This document shows positions 57,201 through 64,000 of a DNA stretch of 64,000 bases, piece after piece. The stretch covers positions 434,001 to 498,000 of the forward strand of contig NW_027191460.1 in NCBI RefSeq assembly GCF_011745625.1, read 5' to 3'. The notes under the pieces were generated by a model that ran no database searches, was not told the origin of the DNA, and was given only the letters and a program-made list of their open reading frames with translations. The DNA is from Cladosporium halotolerans (taxonomy: Eukaryota). Every line of letters begins with the position of its first letter. Positions within the stretch are counted from its first letter, which is position 1. The translations under genes were made by a program, and so were the position numbers.

Positions 57201-58077
57201 TATCATCGACGCAAGGCTCAGGTTTCTGGTGAGGCAAATTGACGGCAGCTTTGTCTCCACTTCTCCTGCGCTTGAACGAAGGGCCACCATCATCCTCAAC
57301 ATGCTTCATGGAGCCTTGATCTGGATTGGTCGCTTCTACGGCAGATCTGAATTCCTGGCTTGTGAACGATGAGCCGAACTCGCACTCTTGTGTCGGCGCC
57401 ATGGTCTTGCATTGGTTTCTCTCATCAGCAAGATCAGAAACGCTCGTCGCAAAGCTTGTATACGCCGTGGTGGTTTTTGGGGACGTCAATCCACGACTGT
57501 CTTTACTCTCCGATCGAGAGCTCGATGTCGCGGAAACTACTGAATCGTCACGGGGAGGCCTCCGCTTCGAGGGAGTGGGAGGCATATCATCGTTCTGTAA
57601 GCTCGCGTTGTATCCAGGCATTGAACATTGGGACATTCTCAGCCACGAGTTTGTATTTGCAGTCGTCGTAAATGACTGTGCCGATCGACGTGGCGACTCA
57701 ATTATGCGGTTTTGTGCAATCCACGTCGGTTCCTTGAGCCTCTCCAAAAATAGATCAGTGCGCTCTTGAGGCGACAGACAATCAGAATGGTTTGCAATTT
57801 CGGTTTTAAAGCTCTCAATAATACCGCCAAGCGCCAATCTGTCTTTGTAGAACAAGAATTGGATGCGGTTGCGAATGAGAGTGCCTGGTCTATCTGTTTG
57901 TTGCGAGGGCGAGTAGAGTATGTCTCGAGGAGCAATTTCGAGCCCGAGCTCCTCGCACAGCTCAGAAACCATCTCGTTAATCTCAGCGTCGCCGGAATGA
58001 GGCGTGCGCGGCGTGCGCGGCATCTGAGGCCCGGACGAGACGAATGCCCTTGGATTGACTGGCTGGTGCTGCACCAT
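54229..58077 (-). CDS. Cellular RNA-dependent RNA polymerase, QDE-1-like (RNAi)
   Basis: Intronless 1282 aa. Motifs MTDGCARIS, FQARINGHKGIW, GIADPHGVLEPG, VLVARHPA...SDIQKV and catalytic GGDYDGD. Confidence 0.9.
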   Translation of the reverse strand: MVQHQPVNPRAFVSSGPQMPRTPRTPHSGDAEINEMVSELCEELGLEIAPRDILYSPSQQTDRPGTLIRNRIQFLFYKDRLALGGIIESFKTEIANHSDCLSPQERTDLFLERLKEPTWIAQNRIIESPRRSAQSFTTTANTNSWLRMSQCSMPGYNASLQNDDMPPTPSKRRPPRDDSVVSATSSSRSESKDSRGLTSPKTTTAYTSFATSVSDLADERNQCKTMAPTQECEFGSSFTSQEFRSAVEATNPDQGSMKHVEDDGGPSFKRRRSGDKAAVNLPHQKPEPCVDDKQRKQCWHHQIRALSKSNLGAEYDYVYDDNVGYVISVERARLLREFSLTRKQADAIQDHQGAKSMLSAHELRSNLLSHPSIWDLNAPNHPTLVMNGKIVLNQKSDNAPLFQLSLQPTRKECKPSRVERRFGCDRVLTLKVPSLTDNLPAHLTGQKEALASAFIDWITKPLKVFGRAWCAFHVDDIVKKIEKKRILDACETWKLTLFALDGDGITEPLSHFGFLNWMIDFRENGSQPVCKAHARIDLNVSRTLQTISFQPTQIRPIDDIQANGEIEDARFEDRDPMFRERPRKVLNPSEVMTDGCARISVGAALLIRERLGIDECPAVFQARINGHKGIWHVSAAYDTLECDHRDVWIELRHSQRKIVPRAEDLDPSQCEKDRWSFDVNEWSRTPKPSVLYKDFIPILRDRHVPRDALAGIAAKSTTSYIEEWQDAMSDPAKLALLRHQRFGWSESRQKNGNLGLPKKHDTRVQILMDEAGYMPTECAALAESLERLQEMDLQRERRLCEFPCLESTMVFGIADPHGVLEPGKVHLSLSRPLTDERTKKSFVMFAGTDVLVARHPAIRGSDIQKVSCICHPQLAHLKDVIVMPSRGQIPLAAKLQGGDYDGDKFWVCADERLVGPFLNAPLLEPCGMDFFDIRQEKRKLKDIVPDELFGTNEHVEAWLKIVLPFAFRPQTLGIITNYCNELQYSRNNFLDAGFLLAVDLHDLIIDAAKNGYLFDQADFAAFLRKHRNTCPERSRLRERAYLKNLKAVKFERDPQSESKQQTLRSVLGQAQERGRRSKHILDDLLFNIINPLFLEHLEQFRKTYVIPAQEISKEPDLEYVLTLIDPHLVDAELKQLNEQLATAFDKWKLVFHSCKNRDKLLGECIELYNCIQPTATDNPVWRYRPGPTAPTTWDCFIVAVLARHHYGKKKKFMVTVAHEVVCYLKSQSESGKRVVDRIRSIKKPKKPTDWDQFDAEYILPEDPVDSDFDLDYDEEVFDALDL

Positions 58078-58671
58078 GGTTGCATTTGACTCCTGGGTCT
58101 CTCATGAGTAACACTGTAAGTCTATGTGTCTTTGAAGGAGGTAATGAAGAATTGCAAGCCGCATTAGCATTGCAGTTTGGTAGAAAGAGAAGGTCAGTCA
58201 AGCAAGGCGATATAAATGCTTAAGGTTTGATAGTGGGTCCTTCAGGCGCGGGACAAGGCGTCGGGCTGCGCCGCGAAGCGCAAGTCTGCCCTGGAAAGGC
58301 AAGGCCAGTCATGCGCGAGTGAGGGGAAATGTGGGATGGTGATTGCTGTTGGGGAGACGCCGGAGGACCATGCTGCCAGCGGACGAATGAAAAGAGTCAT
58401 TCTAGATTCACTGCATGCGCTTGGCTGCAGCCAAATCTTCCCGAATGCAAGTACACGCGAAATGGAGGCCATAGAGGGGAAATTGACAGATTTGCTTTTG
58501 GGTTGGAAAGACTCAAGCAGAGCCTGAGATTATTTCCAATATCATGTCAACCGTAACTATTCATGCTCGTCCTGGGATATCGCTCGCGGCAGAGGGCTCG
58601 GGAGCCGCTTTACCAATGTCCTCATAGCCCTCCGCCTTAATCATCTCCGCCACGCTTTTGGGTGATCACGC

Positions 58672-59383
58672 TTACACCTTGGTCTCCTTGAGACCGTGCT
58701 TCCACAGAGTGACGTACGGGGTGACGCCGTCCTCGCGGTAGTTAAGGAGGACAACCCTGAAATCGTGTGAGCTTCGTGCTTTACGCTTTGGGAACCGGAA
58801 ATGTGACTTACATGGCATCGGGGTCCATGGACTCGCCAATGAGGAACTCGTAGTCGCCGAAGTTGGCAATGATCTTCTTGGCGAAGCCCTGGGCACCAGT
58901 CTCGAACTCCTTGACCTCGTCGTCGCTGGCGCCACGGGCCTTGAGGGACTCCTTGACCTTCTTCATGTAGGCTGGGGAACGAGATCAGCCACGAATCCTA
59001 GATTGCGAACTCTGCAGTCAAAGCTTACTCTTGAGGTGACCGAGGTAGGCCTTCTTGTCGAAGCTGGTCTCCTGGAGACGGAAAGAGTGGACAATGTCGA
59101 TCTTGGTCTCCTTCTGGTCGTCGGCACCGTCGTCGTCACCGCCCTCGGCCGAGGCGTTGGCACCGGTGTCGAAGCTCTCACCACCGATGGTGATCTTGGC
59201 GCAGTCGGCCTCGTAGGCGACGCCGTCGACGGTCTTCAGGTCGTAAGAGTCGGAGATGAGCTCATCGCCGCTGATAACGTCCTGCGGTAGAGGTCAGCTC
59301 GGTGCTCGGTGTGCCCCTCCATCGCTCGCGGGGCTCGGGCGGGCGACCCGCGATTGGCTGTGACATACGTTGTAGATCAGCAT
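58672..59383 (-). CDS. TMA19: Translationally controlled tumour protein (TCTP); exons 59383-59369, 59281-59029, 58971-58812, 58756-58672
   Basis: Spliced protein reads [18 protein letters not shown]...GANASAEG...YMKKVK...[22 protein letters not shown]...KHGL. Confidence 0.95.
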
Positions 59384-59969
59384 GTTTGCGGTGTTTGTGG
59401 CGTGGTAGCAGCGGAGGCGGAGGGATTGGCTAAGGTGGCAGAGATGTGGACGGGGCGAGGAGAGGCGACAATGAGGTCTCGTCCGAGAAAATTGAGGGTT
59501 TAGAGCGCCAGCGCTAGTGGGGCACGAGAGGGGCGCGGCTCAAGGGCTTCGCGCTCGGGGAGGGCTGGGCACGGCTGCGCGAAGTTCGAGGCATGCGGCC
59601 CACACACGCTAGCGCCAGGGAATTTTGCTGTTGAAATTGCCGGCCTCACGATTTCGCGACTCGACAACAGCTCCAGCCAACAACGAAGCTCGCCGCTAAT
59701 CGAGAGGTATGTGGCACGCCGTGTCGAGCGACGAAGAAGAGATGCCCTTCAGGTAGCCAAGGCGCAGCACTCGTGCACCGCTCTCCGCGAGCGCCATGAC
59801 ACCGCTGCGCCGAGGACGGTCGAGCTGAAGAACCCTCTGCGCGCCATCTCCCATGGCTGCCGGAAGGGCACTCTTTGCGCTCTGGAAGGCTCTTGAAGGC
59901 TAACACATCTCGCGAGCAGATACCTGAAGCCGCCCCGCCGCTACAGAATCTCCGCACCACCCAGCCAAA

Positions 59970-60616
59970 ATGAAGACCTCCGTTCTGAACGATGCGCTTA
60001 ACGCCATCAACAACGCCGAGAAGGCCGGCAAGCGCCAGGTCCTGATCCGCCCTTCCTCCAAGGTCATCATCCGTTTCCTGCACGTCATGCAGAAGCACGG
60101 TACGTCGCCATACATTCCATCGAGTGAACATCAGAAAGAAGGAAGACGTGCATACCTCGGACGAAGACCAACACGACGAGCAACTACGACACCTACACCG
60201 GGCTGATAACTAGGCAATGGTCTCATATCTCTCCACGACCAACGCCCTTTAAGTGTCCGGAAGATCAAAGCTTCCGACGAGGATCTTACACGTCTTCCGA
60301 CTTCTGATGTTGCACGTTTAATCTTCCGCGACAACCCCACTGACAGTTTTCCTCAGGCTACATCGGCGAGTTCGAGGAGGTTGACGACCACCGCAACGGC
60401 AAGATCGTCATCCAGCTCAACGGCCGTCTCAACAAGACCGGTGTCATCTCTCCCCGCTACAACGTCCAGCTCAAGGACATGGAGCAGTGGGTTCAGAAGC
60501 TCCTCCCGGCCCGTCAGTTCGGTTTCGTCGTCCTGACCACCTCCGCTGGTATCATGGACCACGAGGAGGCCCGCCGCAAGCACGTCGCTGGCAAGATCCT
60601 CGGCTTCTTCTACTAG
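59970..60616 (+). CDS. RPS22: 40S ribosomal protein S22/S15a (uS8); exons 59970-60099, 60357-60616
   Basis: Spliced protein reads [32 protein letters not shown]...[18 protein letters not shown]...[22 protein letters not shown]. Confidence 0.97.
60196..60336 (+). ncRNA. SNR44: Intronic box H/ACA snoRNA, snR44-like
   Basis: Hairpin 1 is closed by CCGGGC/GTCCGG (60198-60260). H box AGATCA at 60262, then hairpin 2, then ACA at 60331. Both 3' pocket strands start 14 nt before their box. Pockets are complementary to conserved 18S and 25S rRNA sequence recalled from memory. Yeast snR44 is hosted in an RPS22B intron. Confidence 0.85.
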
Positions 60617-61053
60617 ATACCCCAAAAGTATGCAGGTTGGAGAAGTTGGCAGGGCGGTGTGAAAAAAGTTAGCTAGACCAAAATTTCATCTGGCTTTCTA
60701 CCAAATCTGCTCTCTTGTGTTTGCTATGTCCAGGTTTTCAGCCTTCGAATGTGTACCTTAGTAAATGTTATGTTTGCCAACGACTTGGAATTTCACTGCA
60801 AGCAGTCTGGCCGCTATACAATAGAGCAAAAATCCCGAAGTATAATAAGTAGGTCTTAGAACCCTTTTTTGCGGTCTGTCGTGGACCAAGGTGTAAGTTT
60901 CCATCAGCCCAGGGAACGTACACATTTACCCGGCCTCAACGATTCCACGTGACATCACTCTTCCCCAGATTTGTGTCTGTCACCGCGGCTTTTGAACTTC
61001 TATGCGCAACGTTCAGATCTTCCGCGAACATCACCAATTTTCATACAGCAGAG

Positions 61054-62593
61054 ATGGTACTGGAAGCAATTTACGTCGTACGCCACGGAGTAAGTCTCTC
61101 ATTCACCAATCCTCTAACACGTCTCGCTGGGCACATCGAGAAGCGAGGGGGCTAGAAGCAGGCAGGCGTGCAGGTATTCACGGGCGTTTGCGTAGGGCTG
61201 TCGAAGATCATCATGGTGATTCGGCCGTCGGCGTCTCAATACCGTGGTACCTCATGCAATCCAATGTCTAGCTTTTGAAAAGCGACAGACACCGGCACAG
61301 CATGCCCATTTTCACTGCCGGCTTCAGCTGTATCCCAGACATGCCCCTCAATAGAACTTTGTTACCAGGGACAATCCCATACTGACTTGCACAGTTCCGC
61401 TCTAACTGGGTTGTGGATCCCACCACTGGCGAATACAACAGCACTGTCCGCTCGCCCACAGGGATCGCTTCAGATCCTGCGCTCGCGAGCTATGGCGTGA
61501 AGCAAGCCGAGGAACTGGCCCAGCACCTTCTCGCCACAGACCCGACGATCGATGCTGTCTACTCAAGCCCTTTTTACCGCTGCATTCAAACACTCTCACC
61601 GTACACCACGGCCCGGACTGCCCTGAGTAGCAACGATCCCAAGATTCGCAAGACGCCTGTCAACCTTGAAGCCGGACTTGGAGAATTCTATGGCCTCGCA
61701 CGCTTCGACCACCCTTCGCCAGCAGCCTACAATGTGCTCGCACAGCACTTTCCCAAGGACCTTGCTCCAGAGCAGAACCCGATCATCGTTCCCTCCACCA
61801 AAGGCGAGAGCATACCCCAGCTCCACGACCGCATCGCATACTGCTTGAATGAACTCATCAAGCGTCTGGACGCCGATCCCTCCGGACCCCGGACCCTGCT
61901 CATCTGCACACACGCCGCTAGTATGATTGCCATCGGACGCGCCCTGACAGGCATCATGCCCGAAGACGAAGGCGAAGAGGATTTCAAGTGCTTCACCTGC
62001 TCTTTCTCCAAATTCGTCCGGAAGCCGGCCCCCACCACGAACGGATCTCACTCGAATGGCACGACAGATCCCCTGATAGCCACCGCGCACCAGTGGGACC
62101 CGACAAACCCCGACCTCGTCCCGGATATCAATTGGCGCAACGGCCGCGGCGTGCAAGGCGGCTGGACGTGCGAGATCAACGGCGACTGCTCCTTCCTCGA
62201 GAACGGCGAAGAGCGCGGCTGGTAAGAGAAATCCCCACTCGTCCCCCGTCCTCAAACCCCCGGCAATCGTGTATAAGCATTCCCTCTGCGCTGCTTTGTC
62301 GAAGCACACTTACGACCCTCACCTCGGGCAACAGGGATTTCAACATCGAGAAAGCACAGTTCGGCGACGACGCTGTTGCGGCTCCCATGCCCGCCACCCC
62401 AACCTGACGATCAGATGATTTCAAACAAATTACGCAGGCTTACGGCTCAATGAACAGGAAATTCTCCGGGGACGAATCGTTCCTCAAGGACCCGAATGCT
62501 TTCAACGACGCGAAGAACACGGCTGCGCTGGAGGTCGTCGAGGAAACTGTGGATGATGCTGGCGAGAAGGCGGAGGACAAGTCACGGTTATGA
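61054..62593 (+). CDS. Histidine phosphatase/phosphoglycerate mutase family protein, similar to the Tfc7 (tau55) phosphatase-like domain; exons 61054-61089, 61395-62221, 62458-62593
   Basis: IYVVRHG|FRSNW, DPALASYG, YSSPFYRCIQT, ICTHAA, NGDCSFLENGEERGW|KFSGDESF. The last exon is ambiguous (see findings). Confidence 0.85.
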
Positions 62594-62933
62594 TGAGATA
62601 CCCTTCTGGAGGACTTTTATGACATGGAGGCATGGATGAGCTCTCGATTGCATTTAGACTAGATCGAAGCGTGACGGTGGCAACACTGGACTGCATTGAT
62701 GGCTTGCATAGCGTTGCAAGTGCAAATAGATAGACGGCGACGGATGGTAGTAGAACATGAGACATGGAAACAGTTTCACGGGTGGACATAAAGCTTTTTG
62801 AAATTGAGCTACTAATTCTGTTCCCATTTTCGCCCAAATTTCGAATGACCCAAACATTGACGCCAACCCGACCTGTGCCACGCTAAAACTTGCAGCTCAA
62901 GTCAAGACAGCCCCGTTTGATTCCGTGAAGCGC

Positions 62934-63817
62934 TTAGGCCGCGGTGATGGCCTTGGTGCGGGCGGCACCACGCTGGCGGGAGGAAAGGTGGAGGCCCTGC
63001 TCGCGGTGGACCTTCTGGGGGGCCTTCTGGACGACCTCCTCACCCTCGGTGAGGATCATCTCGATGTGGCAGGGGTTGGACATGTAGGGGTTGATCTAGG
63101 CATTGTTAGTGAGTGTTGCGCATACATGTCTGTGGATAGTGTTGACTCACGCGACCGTGGGCACGGTATGTCCTGCGGCGCTGCTTGGGGGCCTGGTTGA
63201 CCTGGATGTGCTTGACGATCAGGTTGCTGGTGTCAAGACCCTTGGTGTCGGCGTTGGCCTCGGCGTTCTTGAGGAGCGAGAGGAGGAACTCAGCGCTCTT
63301 CACGGGCCAGCGGGCCTTGGAGACACCGAACTGCTTGCCTTTACATCGCGAATCAGTATCCGTTGTTCAAGACCACGCCTATGTGTCTTTTCTTTCAAAA
63401 GTTTCCTCCGGGTATCCCAATATTCGTATGCATCCTCGCACATGGCTATAGGCAACACCCGCTTTCACAGGGCCTTCACGTACCTTGAGCAGTACGGCCA
63501 GTGCTCCCGGCATATCTCCGCATGGGGACGGCCTCGGCGTGGCCCTTGACGTTCTCGAGGTACTGGAGAGCGCGGGTGACCTTCCAGCCGTTGATGGCCT
63601 GCGCGGTCTCGCGGGTGTTCTTGAAAGAAACACGGAGGTAGGAACCGCGAGCGCGGGCGGACTTGGCCGACTCGATGTGGGTGGCGGCGTAACGGACCTG
63701 GTGGTGAAATTCATGGTCAGAATTATGTTCGTCTCAAATCGCAAGGGCGCCGTTGAAACACTGAATTTTGCAATGGCGCAATTAGAGCGTTTGGCGAGCA
63801 GAATGTTGACATACCAT
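62934..63817 (-). CDS. RPL17: 60S ribosomal protein L17 (uL22); exons 63817-63815, 63697-63484, 63338-63151, 63095-62934
   Basis: Spliced protein reads M|VRYAA...[22 protein letters not shown]...[20 protein letters not shown]...[22 protein letters not shown]. Confidence 0.97.
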
Positions 63818-64000
63818 CTTGACTGATTGCCGCTGGCTAGAATGTTAGTAACGGGGTGAGGTCGGAGTCGTGAGGTCGCAAATCGCAAAGCAAATCTCGA
63901 CACGGCAGCCGGCCTCGCTGGGGAGAGTAGTGGGCTCGAAATTGGCCTTGGCGGGAACTTTTGGCTCTGCGGGCCGCGCCGTAGCTACCGCTCGCGAAGT

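Noticed and set aside
63339..63814. Possible snoRNAs in RPL17 introns (RPS18 and TCTP introns also checked)
   Set aside because: No convincing C/D or H/ACA box arrangement. The CTGA matches coincide with branch sites.

Overview
Gene-dense eukaryotic DNA from a filamentous ascomycete, probably a dothideomycete (inferred from short GT-AG introns with CTRAC-type branch sites and from gene content). I find about 32 protein-coding genes, mostly housekeeping: GH2 beta-mannosidase, PUS7, PRP18, SAP18, an AA11-type LPMO, mitochondrial PP2C, RPS18, MoaA/MoaC, GH55 glucanase, RNase H1, a MetE-like protein, RDH54, an ACBP protein, an MFS transporter, CLPTM1, a CTL family protein, a QDE-1-like RdRP, TCTP, RPS22, a TFC7-like phosphatase and RPL17. 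I recognised no tRNA, rRNA, CRISPR array or intact transposon. Six signals go beyond a routine gene list. (1) A four-unit degenerate repeat of MADS/Mcm1-type boxes, E-boxes and a CATGTAAGTGAAG motif lies between two convergent genes. (2) The MoaA-MoaC locus is bicistronic, and a splice donor inside the terminal Gly-Gly-stop gives an in-frame fusion. (3) An snR44-like H/ACA snoRNA sits in the RPS22 intron. (4) Alternative 3' acceptors appear to switch a C-terminal SRL peroxisomal signal on or off in the TFC7-like phosphatase. (5) The AA11-like LPMO has Asn at the axial Tyr position. (6) Several ~1 kb patches are C-rich then G-rich regardless of coding strand. All calls come from reading the sequence by eye; no searches were run.
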